From assembly GCF_001194135.2 (NCBI RefSeq), contig NC_068994.1, forward strand, positions 22,447,928-22,511,927: a DNA stretch of 64,000 bases, given 5' to 3'. Positions 1 to 13,070 of this stretch are shown here, piece after piece (position 1 is the stretch's first letter; every line of letters begins with the position of its first letter). Under the pieces are notes generated by a model. That model did no database searches and was not told where the DNA came from. It worked only from the letters and a program-made list of their open reading frames with translations. The DNA is from Octopus bimaculoides (Eukaryota). Both the position numbers and the translations under genes were made by a program.

Positions 1-50
<50 letters not shown>
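1..50. repeat. (AG)n microsatellite
   Basis: Pure AG run at the window start. Confidence 0.98.
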
Positions 51-55
<5 letters not shown>

Positions 56-339
56 TATCGCAACCCCTAATCATGTTTATTGCTCATTATGTTCACTTCT
101 ACCCTAATATCTAACCATCGGTTACTTCCCCTCCTGATCCACAGCCCGTATCAACTCTAGTTTCCTGAAGGTTTTGTTCTGACAACCCATCACTACCCAC
201 TTGCTCCTTCCTACCCTTATATAAACACAGAGTAGCTATGTATCTTCTCCATAGCAAGACACCTCCATTTGCTTGTCATAAAATCACTCCACCCTCTCAA
301 GTACTCCTCTACACTTAGAATAGTAATTTCTCTAGTAGT

Positions 340-500
340 AATTACACACAGTAAAGTGGTTGGCATTAGGAAGGGCATCCAGTCATAGAAGCCACACCAA
401 AGCTGACATGGCGTATGACACAGCCTTGTAGCTCACCATATCCTGTCAAACTGTCCAACCCATGTCAACATGGAAAATGGCTGTTAAATGCTGCTGCTGA
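340..500 (+). mobile_element. Degenerate RTE-type 3' tail fragment
   Basis: ggttggcattaggaagggcatccag...catgtcaacatggaaaatgg, the same terminal motif as the copies at 8100, 31990 and 39880. Confidence 0.8.
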
Positions 501-896
501 TTATATATATATAAATAATATATATATATACATGCATGTGTGTGAGTATAAATTTATTTTATTCATTATCATTCAATGTCTTTGTGTTTATGTTTTATAC
601 TACCATTGAAACTTATACTGTGCTTAGAAGCCATAACAAAGGATAAATAGAAGCAAAATAAGGCTAGAAATTTCCCAAACTCAATGGACCTGCAGCAGTC
701 ACCAACATCCAAATATTTAAATGATTATAGATGACATACAAGAAACTAGTCTTTTGGGTTGTGAGGAATTCAAGGATTTATTTATAAATATGTTTAGATT
801 AAAAGAGGTGCTGGATCATCAGTGGTGTATATAAAAAAAAAAAACTGGCACTCCATTGGTTACAAGTGTTCCAATTGATTTGATCACCAGAACAGT

Positions 897-936
<40 letters not shown>

Positions 937-3254
937 ATGATTTGGTTAGTATTACTAGCAGATCAAGTAACCAAGTAGAAACTTCCATCATCGACTTCTA
1001 ATTGAAATTATCATGTCATAGACACTACACAGCAGCTTCAGCACACTTTGGCTTTCAGTAGCTGCTCAGTATATTTTCTTTTGGACAACCATCAGTTTTG
1101 TAATATATAGATTGTAAACCTTTAAAAAAGAGGTTGCAAACCAAGAATTTGGCCTAATATCAAGCTGATTCTTCACTTTCACCCATTGATTACTATAAGT
1201 ACATTAACCAATGTTTACAGAATATTTAACAAGGTTTCTCATTAAAAATGTTGCTTGTACTTATACTTCCCCACATTATGGACTTCATCATTGCATGTAT
1301 TTTATAATTTAACATATCACACAAATGAATGTCCAAATTTAAGGTAGCACAAGGGAATGTGAACAGTTCCAGCTGGGGAATTCAATATTATATACTTCAG
1401 GAAATAATATATTATACACTTCATCAACAACCATTAGGGTACAAAACTGAACCAGCCTGGAAGTTTTACCTGCTAGAAATAACAGTCAAATATTCTTTAA
1501 ATTATAATCTTATCATCTTAAGAAATGAAAAGACATTTGGATTATGTAGTCTTGACACTACTAAGAAAGTAGGATGGTCATAATTGCAACAACACTGACC
1601 ATAGATCAACTCAATCAGGGTTGGTCTGAGGTATGGCAACAGAATACAATGTCACTCTACAATTCAGTGAATCAGAAATATATTATGAGTTTACTCATAG
1701 ATGTTATATATCCAACACTTTAAAAAGACTTCTATAAACTGTACATGCAGTTTGACATCACAATTGCAATTTTTATTTTTTACACTTATATCATTGAAAT
1801 AAAATCTTTGAGGGAATATCACAGATTCATAGCAAATCATATGTTATGATTTAACGGCATAATATATTTGAAGTCAAACTAGAGATTTTTTTCTTAAATT
1901 CCATGAATTTCTTTTTAAATATAATGTATTTTATCAAGGAGATGAAGGATAACATCACAACTACTAGAATATAGCAACTCAAACTTCATTTTTCTTTGTA
2001 AAGCAGTAAGATACTGACTCTTAGAGGAACAAAGCAGAGCATTTATCAATCAAGACCAAAAGAACTTTACTTTTATTTAAAGTTAAAAGTATAAGCAATA
2101 GAATCATTTGTTTAATGGTTTATTTTTAATACAAATTAGAAAGATCTTGTTAAAATGATGATTTGCAGATTGTTGTTATAAAATATATTTCATGTTTGAC
2201 CAATTCGAATGAACACATAATAAACAATCTATTTGACATGATCAAAAGCCCATATTTAGCTGCTGCACAATAGCTAATGCAGTTTTATTTACAACTACTA
2301 TGGAAGTCTAATTATTTGAACAGCTACATTTTTTTACATTAACACAAAGGCTGGAAAAAAATGAGTTGTCTCAGTGATATTGTATGGAAAAAAATAAACA
2401 GTTCTGGATATAATACATTTATAGACATCTAGTTATAAAACAAAAGAAGTTTGTGAATTAACTAAATTTTCATTAGACATTGAAAGATCCAGTTAAATCA
2501 TTTATCAAAGCAGCGTTGATAAATTTGTTTAAACACCTTTTCTGTTAAATGATTCACAGCTAGCTTTATGATCAATTGACCATACAAGGAAAGTTGCTTA
2601 AGTCATTCCTTTCTGATGACAGTGCATATAAAAAATTTAATACTTTTTCAAAATAGTTTTATAAAAATGTTAGAGCAGTTAATTTAATGAGATTAAACAG
2701 GAGGGAGTCAATGAAGCTAGCATTTTCTAACAGGAACTTTCATTTATATGGAATGGAAGCTTTAGGTACCACAAATTAATTTAATGCTCTCATTAGCACT
2801 GAATTTAGGCATTTCCAAGTTGTGCTTATTTAAGCACCACCTTTTTAACTGCATTTTCTATTTCTGTTTATCTCTTAGACAAAGCCTATATCTCAATATT
2901 TATAGGAAACACACAGAAAATTAATTTTGACAGCATTATAATAATAATAATTTTACATGACATTGAGAATATCTTGTTGAATTTGTACTATTTTTTTCAG
3001 AATGTTTGCATTCTTAAAAAAAGTCAAGTCATGTAATGGGGTGTAACAAGATGAATTTTAAGCTTCTCGCATAAAGAATTCACAACAATGTTATTTCAAA
3101 TTTCTGAACTGAAAATATTCAGAAATGAATCCGACACATTATTGATGAACAGATGAATGTTTGAAATATATGTATGTGAATAGCAACTAAATTTACAACT
3201 ACTGTTTCGAATTAATATTATTTTGTTTTAGTTGCTTGACACATATAGTTTAGG

Positions 3255-4499
3255 CTAGACTTTATTGCAAGATGAATGGTGTGCATTTGGTGGTTGAGGC
3301 AAAAACTGGGGTGTAGTGGTATTTCCACCAGCGTTTAATCTTTCTGTCATTGTGAACCCTCGGGACCAATTAAAATTGTTGTCCCAGTTGTTTGGTGTTA
3401 ACTGATGGTGGGGATATGTCGAAGCTATCCAAGTTGATGGAATATTAAGTGGTTGGGGTCTGATAGAAGGATTAGGACTTGATAGTTGGGGATGCTGTGA
3501 ATTCTGTGGAAGAGGTTCTGATATTGATTTAGATTCAGTCAATTTCCGCAGTTCTTCAATTGTGTGGGTACGTTCATGATTTTTTAAATTGGTAACTTGT
3601 GAGAATGCTTTTCCACAAACAAGACAAGAAAATGGTTTTTCTCCAGTATGGATACGTTCATGATTGCGAAGGTTAGTCTGTTGTGTAAACGCTTTTGAGC
3701 AGAAAGAACACTGGTATGGTTTCACACCAGTATGAGTTCGCTCATGACTACGTAAACTTGATTGCTGACTGAATACTTTTGTACAAAATGAACATTTGAA
3801 TGGTTTCTCCCCAGTGTGAATACGCTCATGACTTTTGAGATTAATAAGTAGAGAAAATGCTTTCGGACAAAAGACACATTTAAATAGTTCTCCAGTATGA
3901 GTACGTCGATGATTGTCTAGATTGGTACGTTGACTAAATGCTTTACCACAGTCAGCACATGTATAAGGCTTCTCTCCTGTATGAGTTCGCAAATGTATTT
4001 TAAGATTCCCCTGTTGACTAAATGTCTTGCTACATATAGAACAGGCATATGGTTTTTCTCCAGTATGAACACGTTCGTGGTTGCGCCATTCAGTCTGTTG
4101 AGAAAATGCACGATCACAAAATGAACAATTATACGGCTTTTCACCAGTATGTGTCCGCTCATGATTTCGCAAAATGATTTCTTGAGAGAAAGCTTTCTTG
4201 CAGTAAGAGCAATAGAAGTGCTTTGCTCCAGTACGTTCATGATTATTAAGGTTGATTTTACGAGAAAATCCTTTACGACAAACACCACATTTAAAAGGTT
4301 TTGCAAGAGCTAAAGTTCGTCTTATTGGACACTTAAGAATTTCGTTACTTTGGTAAACACTGTCTGGCTTACTTACAAAATCACTACACACAGTCTGAGT
4401 GTTATCAATCGAATTGATGGCTGGAACTGTATGCATAGCCTTTGATTTCATAAAATCTGGCAAATTAACAGAATTCTGATCAAGTTTATAATTCATCAT
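3255..4499 (-). CDS. C2H2 zinc-finger protein A (414 aa, single coding exon; 1 degenerate + 8 canonical fingers, Pro/Ser/Asn-rich tail)
   Basis: Uninterrupted ORF with eight C-x2-C-x12-H-x3-H units joined mostly by TGEKP linkers (array ~3564-4289). Start context cttaaaATGATG. Candidate acceptor tttttcag 9 nt upstream (AG at 4510-4509). No KRAB/SCAN/BTB/ZAD-like domain recognisable. Confidence 0.93.
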   Translation of the reverse strand: MMNYKLDQNSVNLPDFMKSKAMHTVPAINSIDNTQTVCSDFVSKPDSVYQSNEILKCPIRRTLALAKPFKCGVCRKGFSRKINLNNHERTGAKHFYCSYCKKAFSQEIILRNHERTHTGEKPYNCSFCDRAFSQQTEWRNHERVHTGEKPYACSICSKTFSQQGNLKIHLRTHTGEKPYTCADCGKAFSQRTNLDNHRRTHTGELFKCVFCPKAFSLLINLKSHERIHTGEKPFKCSFCTKVFSQQSSLRSHERTHTGVKPYQCSFCSKAFTQQTNLRNHERIHTGEKPFSCLVCGKAFSQVTNLKNHERTHTIEELRKLTESKSISEPLPQNSQHPQLSSPNPSIRPQPLNIPSTWIASTYPHHQLTPNNWDNNFNWSRGFTMTERLNAGGNTTTPQFLPQPPNAHHSSCNKV

Positions 4500-5600
4500 T
4501 TTAAGTTTCTGAAAAATTTGCTACTCGGACTTACTGAATTTTACTATAAATGCAAACAAAATTATTTAAACAATTTGCATTTCAACTTTTTCTTCTTTAC
4601 ACTTAGCAAAAATTTAAATTTAAAAAATAATGTTCTAAAAGACATGAACTTATAACATCAAATGTTCCCGGAATTACTCATAGATACTTCGATTGTAAGC
4701 GAAGGAACAACAGACTGTTAAATTTTTTTAAAGGCTCTCAATCTATCAGACTTTGTAAGCACATTACTATCTAACGTTAAACTATTTTAAAATAAGAAAA
4801 TTTATCAAATCGTTTGGATAGAAAAAGATGAAACCAAAGAATAAAACATTAATTAATGAACGAAAACATTAAAAAAAAAGTCGATAGATTCTATATTTAA
4901 CTATCTAATGCTATCTTTAAAGTCAAAGTTGACAATAGTTACGGCAGTTCTTAACCGAAGTAAGAATATGATCATGACAAAGCGGTTTAACCCTTTCCTA
5001 CAGATTGTCAGGAACTGCAGTTAATTCAGACAAGTTCCAGAAATAACTTTGAACACATTTAATTACAGATGCATATAGTTTTCTTTTGTATACTTTTTTA
5101 ATGCAAAAATTATTGCATCAGATATTAAGTTACTAAATAAATAAATCTATCATAACAGTTCGCATAGGCATTTCAATGAGATTCATCGAGGGTTAGCAGG
5201 AATTTTTTAATATATTCAAATTATTACTTTTTAATGTAAAAACGTTGCGTAATTTTTTAGTTTTTCTCTTACTTTGAAAGGAAATCAAATTGTTAAAAGC
5301 TACACTTTGAAAGAAAAGATTTTAAACACTAGACTTGAGGAGCGAACAAAAAAAGAGCTGGTAAGAGCATAATTGATTTAAAAAAAGAAGCTACCCACTT
5401 TAAAAAGACGGTTAATATATTAAAATAATGGAAAACAAAGCAAAGCCGTATTATGTTTCCGATCCCATTGTGAAATGTTTTGTTAATTTCTTTGGCATCT
5501 TGCTGGTAGAACGAAAGCCAACAGAATTCCCACCAGAATCTAAGTTACTTTGCCATGCTAAATACACACATGTATATATGTATATTCGTTAACGAAGGTT
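4500..5600 (-). promoter_or_regulatory. CpG-richer region immediately 5' of ZNF A; possible proximal or alternative promoter
   Basis: CpGs more frequent than in 0-3 kb or 6.5-11 kb by eye; no recognisable repeat. Confidence 0.3.
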
Positions 5601-6614
5601 AGGATAAAATAAAAGTTAAATTGAATAAAAATATATAAAAAATAAGAAACATTGCTAAAGGGAGATAATATATAATTGCGATAATTTTTAATTTCTAAAT
5701 AAATATTACAGCAATGAAACAAAAAGAAAAAAGAAAGAAATCTTTAAATGAAATATTGATATGTATATTTAAATTCAATAAAAGTATCAACAGCTGTCGG
5801 AAAATACTGATTGGGAACTTCTTAAAAAGAGTTATCATTAGTATTAACACCGTCTTCTTTGTCTCCATCAATCATTTAAAAAAGTAAAAAAAAACAAAAT
5901 GACGTGTAGTTAACTAAATTGATGATAATCTCCCTTTCTTGACAGTGGAATACTTTTTAGGACAGCATCAAATTGATTCAGATGATAGTAAAGGGAGATG
6001 ATTTCCATTGTATATCTTACTACGAAAACTTATAAAATGAAACGTGAAATATATTATAAGTTAAATGATTATTACAAATTTTACATCAAAATTTTATATT
6101 TAAAAATTGTTCAAAATTTTCTTCAGCAATAGGACAGTGAAGATAATGCCTATGTATTGAGTTTGATCTGCTATTCCTGTTATTACTAAAACAAATTCTA
6201 TCAAGAATAAAAACAATATTCTAAAAGGAGACTAAATATTTAGTTCTTAAATTCATACATTTTAGAGAAAGAATATTAAATTTTAGAGTTATAGCAGTAG
6301 TTAACAAACCAAAGATAATTTGTTATGGAAAACAACTGTACACATTCATCATTATCATCACAAACATAATTCTTTTCTTTTTAATGTTGAAGTTGAACAG
6401 GCTATTATTCTACATTCCCATACATTGAGTTTCAATATTCTCAAATTTATCCTGACTACTCAACCTTGTGGGTATCTATTATCAATTCAAGACGTTTTTT
6501 ACATGCCACATAACCCATCTATTCATATTGAAAATCTGTATCAATGCAGATTACCTGCTTATTATTGCTAATGTCATTTGATATTAAGTGTATCCAACAT
6601 TTTTTCAATAATTT

Positions 6615-6750
6615 AATATTGGTTTTAATTTTCGGCACAAGGCCAGCAATTTTAAGGAAGGAGATAAGTTGATTACATTGATAGCAGTGTTCAACTGCTA
6701 CTTATTTTATAAACCTTAAAAAGATGAAAGGCGAAGTTGACCATAGCAGA
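6615..6750 (-). mobile_element. tRNA-derived SINE family A, 3' fragment
   Basis: Reverse complement of the ...gactttgcctttcatc...gctggccttgtgccaaaatt consensus seen at 54370. Confidence 0.75.
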
Positions 6751-7279
6751 ACAATAATTGAATGTTGAACATCATATTCAAGTATCTATTGATACTCTGC
6801 ATTTAATACCATAAAGAATTACACTTACATAACTATTATACAATTAGCCCAAAGCAATAAGGGTAGCATTTCTTCATAGTGTTATCACTAGCCAGTATGC
6901 TACTCTTTATTCCTCTCCCAGCACATACAATGTTATCCAGGTGGCAGAATTTGTCAACTGGCCTATCATACTAGAAATTTATAAAATTTATTGACTATAT
7001 AATGAATATAACTGCTAACTGAAAACTTTAACGAGTCTTTAAAGTACTGATAATTTACCTTAAATGATTATAATCTATTGATAAACTTATTTTTACTCAG
7101 TCATACAGAGTTTATCTTTTACTATTCCAAAATTTTTGCCTTATACATGATCCCATTTGCATATAGTTATAAACTTTGTAAAAACAGTCCGTATGTGTAT
7201 ATATATATTCCCTTGTACACAAACTGCCAATCAGAAAATAATAAATGGCATGCATGCATGTTTGTTTGTCATTAGACTG

Positions 7280-7595
7280 CAGACATGCTGAGTATGGTCT
7301 TGAAGAGTTTAGTTGAACAAATCAACCTCTAGTACATATTTTAATGCCTCATACTTATTCAGTTAGTCTCTTTTTGCAAACCAGTAAGTTACAGGGAGGT
7401 AAACAAACCAACACTGGTTGTCAAGCAGTGTTGAGAGATAAATACATGCATGCATACATTTCATGTAGTTTCTGCCTACCAAATCCACTTACAAGGCTCT
7501 GGTTAGCCTGAGGATATAGCAGAAGACACTTGCTCAAGGTCCCATGCAATGGGACTAAATCTGGAACCATATAGTTGGGAAGCAAATTTCTTACC
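7280..7595 (-). mobile_element. SINE family B (CORE-like central domain)
   Basis: Reverse complement of ccttgagcaagtgtcttctgctata...ttgtaagtggatttggtagg. Confidence 0.75.
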
Positions 7596-7729
7596 AGAAT
7601 GATTATATCATATCACATACAATAATAATTTCTACGTGCACTTCTATATTCTAAAATGCAATAGAAGGAGATCAAACCACAAATTGCAGTATATGTAGCA
7701 AATTCTTCGAACGTTGGGCCTCATGGAAG

Positions 7730-8265
7730 CAATGACAAGTTACCAAGACCTTTGGTGATATGCTGTGCTTGAGAAGACCTGGCAAACCAAATGAGACCGT
7801 AACCATGGCCTATACCAGTGTCAGATAACTGGCCCATTTAAGAGTACCCTTCAATCATTGGGAAATATATTGTGCTTGAGAAGACCTGTTGAGTCAAGCA
7901 TTGTCATGGCCGATGCCAGTACCACCTGGTTGGCTCCCATGCCAGTGGCACGTAAAAAGCACTATTCGAGCATGGTCATTGCCAGTGCCACCTGACTGGC
8001 TCCTGTGCCGGTGACACATAAAAAGCACCATTCGAGCGTGGTCGTTGCCAGTACTGCCAGACTGGCCTCTGTGCCAGTGGCATGTAAAAAGCACCCACTG
8101 CACTCTTGGAGTGGTTGGTGTTAGAAAGGGCATCCAGCTGTAGAAACCTTGCCGGATCAGATTGGAGCCTGGTGCAGCCTCCTGGCTTGCCAGTCTTCAG
8201 TCAAACTGTCCAACCGATGCCAACATGGAAAGCAGATGTTAAACGATGATGATGATGATGATGAT
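7730..8265 (+). mobile_element. RTE 3' UTR-derived repeat with internal ~60-bp tandem units and (GAT)n tail
   Basis: Repeated gccagtgccacctgactggctcc...ggcacgtaaaaagcac units, then ggttggtgttagaaagggcatccagctgtagaaac and gatgatgatgat. Confidence 0.85.
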
Positions 8266-8369
8266 TAGTTATAGTAAACACCACTCTCTTTTTGTTTTTC
8301 TATCTCTGTCTTTTACTCTTGTCTCCAACTACTTATTAGTCACTACACAGATACAGAAATATATATCAT

Positions 8370-8600
8370 TCATTGTTTTAATGTCCACTTTTCCATGCTT
8401 GAATGGATCAGATGAATTTTGTTGAAGCGGATAGACTATGGCTGGATGCCCTTCTTGTCACCAACCCTCACCTTTTTACAAGCAAGGTGACATACCCATA
8501 GTCTTTCAAACATGAACAGCACAATAGCTGGACATGTTCTTATGGAAGATTGCAAACAAAGACACCATTTGTATGACAGTGATGCTCATTTACAATTAGC
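8370..8600 (-). mobile_element. RTE-type tail copy, inverted relative to 8100-8265
   Basis: cattgttttaatgtccacttttccatgc...ggctggatgcccttcttgtcaccaacc. Confidence 0.7.
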
Positions 8601-8844
8601 ACAAAATGCTAAGACAAGAGAACACAAATATGCACAACAGACTCTTTTCAGTTACTATCTACCAAAGCCAATATTCAAAGGCTTTGGTTGGCCTGGAGCT
8701 ATAATACAAGATACTTATCCAAAGTGTCACACAGTAGAAGTGAACCTGAAACCACATGATTGTGGGATGAATTTCTGAACCAACAGCCATATGTGCATAT
8801 ACCTATTTACTGATGCAGAGAGAGAGATGGGAGGAGTAAGGTAA

Positions 8845-9060
8845 CAAGCATGGCTGTCCGGTGAAAATGTTCATTCTGTTACCATATGGTTTAGTTTTTG
8901 ATCCCACTGTATGGATACTGTTCACTGTTAAGTTCTATTACAGCTGCAGGCTGACCAATACCATGAGAGTAAAATTTGGTAGACAGAAACTGTAAAAAGT
9001 CCATCATATATACATGTATGTGTGTGTTCATTAGTGAATTCCTCTTGTCTTGATGCAGAC
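8845..9060 (+). mobile_element. SINE family B copy
   Basis: aagcatggctgtccggtg...gatcccactgtatgg...aatttggtagacagaaactg. Confidence 0.65.
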
Positions 9061-9855
9061 GTTGATTTTAAACAAAAGTAACCATCATACAAATGGTGTT
9101 GTATTTATAATCCTCTATGAAACCATGTTCAGCTATTCAATGTTCAAATGAACAGGGAAAATATTACACTTTGGGGGTAGGTGCCCTTGTATGCAGCAAA
9201 TGTAAATTTGGAAAGGGAACATTGTCGGCAGAAAGGCCAGAAATGGTTATTAGAAAGGTGGGAATAGAGGTATAGAGAGTATTCATGTACATTTGCACAT
9301 GCCTTAACAGGAAGGTGGAAAGAAAAAGGCAGGGATATGTAGAGGTGGTTGGGGGAGGGAAACTCAACCATAGCTTGGAATGACCTTTTGGAATTCTTTT
9401 AAGAAATAAACACATTTGTAATTGAGTTTCAAAACTCGTTTAGATGGTTCTCTATGCTTAAATTACTTTCAGAAATTTTGTTAAGTGGAATATCACAATC
9501 TGGCATAGTTCATCACTTAAGTAAACAACTTTTTTATTTTTGTTATCATTCTTCCCATTCTAGATTTTAAAATATTAAACTTTTATTACCTTAATTTACT
9601 ATGTAGATAGGTACTTGTAACACAGCATGCACAAAAATGAAACTTTTAGCTATCATGGTGAGCAAAAGTTGTGAATATATGCGATCACATTTGTCACTTC
9701 CTAACATATGAACCCCTTATGATGATTAGTAACTATAATAACCATGTATGTCTTAGTGAGAGCACATGCAATTTATCCTTACAACAACCTGCTATAAATA
9801 CCATTTATATTCACACATGCACAAGTACAATTTCTCTTGGAATTCAAGTCATGTA

Positions 9856-9886
<31 letters not shown>

Positions 9887-10049
9887 TCTATGCATGCACA
9901 TGCAACTTTTCTTGGCATTTACTAAGGTTCAAAACTCAAATTCAAAATTTTTTACTCCATGGTTACCCATATTTCAGAATAGCATCATCATCACCATCAT
10001 TGTTGCATTTTCTTCCCAGATAATTTGTATTTCAGCAGTCATATCACCA

Positions 10050-10430
10050 CTACCATCCAAAGCTCCCAAACCAAAGACATCCTACAAAAGGAAAACTTTT
10101 CCAAATACCCATACCCTGGGTAGGAAAAACGTTGACTTTGAAGATTAAAATAATATAATTAACCAGCATAAATGAAAGTTATTTATAGTTGTCTTATTCA
10201 GTAACCTCCACTATTATTAAGATCAAGAAAGGAGTTTTAAAGCAGTAAAAGAAAACCAAGCAACTGACAAGGATTTATCAATGAAATAGAGAAAATGTTG
10301 AAGATCTGGATATAAAAACAAATAACCAAAAGCCTACTAACAATTCAACACAATGCTTTAAGAATTTTTGACAGTCTAAAGGAATGAATGGGAGAGGAAT
10401 ATAAAGAAAACTATAAAGTTAGCAATAGAC
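10050..10430 (+). mobile_element. Degenerate pogo/Tigger-like transposase N-terminal (CENP-B-type HTH) fragment
   Basis: Decayed translation ...IEKMLKIWI...ALRIFDSLKE resembles the CENP-B HTH; many stops. Confidence 0.4.
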
Positions 10431-10533
10431 AATTTAATGATATCAAAAAAAAGAAAAGAAAAAAGTCCAAGCAACATATACTGATGTTTAATAAATCTTT
10501 GGATGAATTAATCTGAGGAGAAGAGTTCTAGAG

Positions 10534-10838
10534 CAGTGGTTCCACCAAGGGCCATATGACTTCTGGGGGTTCATGCAAGCAAAATAGTAAATTGGAGGTC
10601 CATGAAAATTTTTGCTTTAGATATATTTATTACAAGAAACAACTAGGTTTCTTTTTTTAACACTTTGTTCAACACGTTCTCTCAGAGAGTGCAAACCTAC
10701 ACAAGCGAATGGGTGGAAAAGAGAGTGGGAATTTTGAGAGAAGTATCTAGTTTTTAAACATCAAATGATTTTGGGGATCCACCAGAGTAAAACAGTAATC
10801 AAAGAGGTCTATAGATAAAAAATGGGTGAGAACCACTG
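10534..10838. mobile_element. hAT (Charlie/Buster-type) MITE
   Basis: TIRs CAGTGGTT...AACCACTG; 8-bp flanks TTCTAGAG and TTTTAAAG match 6/8 with central TA. Confidence 0.75.
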
Positions 10839-11506
10839 TTTTAAAGGAATAAATTTTCAGTATCGATGAGAATGGCTTATATTGGAAAAGGATGTTTTGA
10901 ATAAACAGAGATACACAGAAAGACAAAAACCATGCCTGGGTGTAAGGCATTTAAGGATCAGATAACTCTCCTGCTAGGAGAGAATGTAGCTTGCCACAAA
11001 CTTGAACCTTTTCTAATCTACTATTCTGAAAATCCATGCATATTTACAAATATCAATAACAAACTGCTGTCCACGGGCAACAAAATAAAGTATAGATGAC
11101 TCAAACATTGTTTGAAGGCTGATTTTCAACCTGTTTTACTTGAAATATACAAAAATATTGTATTGGAAAAGTCCTGTTCAAGGTTTTATTAACCCTAAAG
11201 AATCAGCTTGCTGAAAAATTAAATTACAAGAGGATCCCTATCAAAATCTACTTTTAGTCCTTTTCTTCCCTAGGATACTTCACAGGATGGGAACAGAGTT
11301 ACCTAAGAATTCAAGTATAGAGCTAATTATGATACGAAGAATTCACTATGACTCTGTAACCTTCAAAGCTTGATATGCATGTTATTCCCTTTTTCAACTG
11401 CAACTTTTTTTTTTGAAGTTGTTGATAACAGTAGTGCTAGACTTGTCATGAAGAACACCTCTTAGAAAGTGATTAGTCAAATATTAACCAAGCTTGATCG
11501 TTTTAC

Positions 11507-11635
11507 CTCAACTTCTATTATTCTTGAAGATCCTGCAGCAGATTTTCTTGTTACACATATACTTAATTAGTGGCTCATATTCTTTCTGATCACTACAACC
11601 AACTCCTGTTTGTTCTGCTTAGAGTAGTCTCTTTC
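11507..11635 (-). other. Candidate non-coding (5' UTR) exon of a minus-strand transcript
   Basis: Minus strand reads ttttgttaatatttctag|GAAAG...TTGAG|gtaaaa; 129 nt with stops in all three frames. Confidence 0.35.
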
Positions 11636-11852
11636 CTAGAAATATTAACAAAATCTTTGACATAAAGATTATACGATATATAACCTTCAATCACTTTCAG
11701 AGTTGTTTACTCAAAGACCACGAAATTTGTCTTTCCTTCCTCGAGATAAGACGGCATAAATTTTTCAAACACTTAAGAGAACAATTTAAGTAAAATATTT
11801 GGTACATGTTATATAGTTTCCTTGATTATAAAAACACTTCAGAGGTAAAGAT

Positions 11853-11895
<43 letters not shown>

Positions 11896-12952
11896 NNNNN
11901 NNNNNNNNNNNNNNNNNNNNNNNNNNNNNNNNNNNNNNNNNNNNNNNNNNNNNNNNNNNNNNNNNNNNNNNNNNNNNNNNNACATATACACACACACACA
12001 CTCAGAATAACAAGGAAACACGAAATTTATTTTTTTCTCTTGACTGGTGTTAGAAACCAGCTGATAGCTAGTAACAAATGAAATGCAACTTTTAATTAAT
12101 TCAAGAAATAGAACAATAAGCATCTTCACTACTAAAACTAAGTTATACAACTTTATGATAGTGGAAATACAAGTTTAAAAACCGATAAATATGATGGCGC
12201 GAATGAGACAGAGTTGTTCTACTAGTTGAAACTGCACATTAACAAGGGATTTTTACTAGTGAAGAGATGATGTTGACAAACCAATACCTTGGAACGAGGA
12301 AGCGCAAACAGATGGAGAAGGAAAAACTTTCTTAGGACCAAAATCAGAAAATCAATATCAGCTGCATACATATGATGTAAAACTAATGGTTCCTTATCTT
12401 TCTCGATTACTTCTCGTACTAAAAAGATTTGCTTCAAATCCCACTTTACCTTTCTGAAAAAACTGGTTGATTTAATAATATAGTGCTAGATATACTGTGA
12501 TTTCATAAGATATAAACTGGATAGTGAGGAGTGGATCGCATTTAATCTGAGCTATAACAACTTCACGCTAAATTGTGAGGATATATAATTACAAATATGA
12601 GAAAGTTTCAAGTTGTTGCAGGAAATCAAAATAAAGGATGGGTTTCGATGGTATATTTTAGTGGATTTATTTTCACGTGTCACCTATTCTTTTAGATAAA
12701 ATTTTAAAAAAGCAAAAGATATAGAAAAAATTAAAAACTTCGTTTGAGAAACATTTTCACGTTTTAATGCAGAGGTATTCATAATTAATTGATATTACAA
12801 GTCTAGAAATAAGATCATCAAAAAAATTTGTCGTGTTTCAATCTCAAATAAAGTTTTACAATCAACTGATGATTCATTAACTTCTACGAAAAGTAAATTA
12901 ACAGAACAATTGATTATGAGATTAATTACTTTTATAAGACACAGAGAGGGGA

Positions 12953-13070
12953 ATAGAGCGGCAGAATTGGTATTTAGTTAAATCTATTTACGTTCTTAGT
13001 TTAATCCTGTCGAAGTCGACTTTCTCTTTTATTCTTCTGAGGTCGATAAAATAAAGTACCAGCCAATCGC
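12953..13070 (+). mobile_element. Degenerate SINE family A inside the candidate promoter interval
   Basis: gagcggcagaattgg...cctgtcgaagtcgactttctc...gaggtcgataaaataaagtaccag. Confidence 0.65.

Noticed and set aside
4511-4545. GTAAGT donor-like site 26 nt upstream of the ZNF A acceptor (possible 9-nt micro-exon)
   Set aside because: The implied 26-nt intron is too short for normal splicing.
12265-12457. Plus-strand open frame RDDVDKPIPWNEEAQTDGEGKTFLGPKSENQYQLH... and the antisense ORF 12222-12437
   Set aside because: Looks protein-like but has no ATG, no convincing splice pair and no recognisable homology; cannot be supported without a search.
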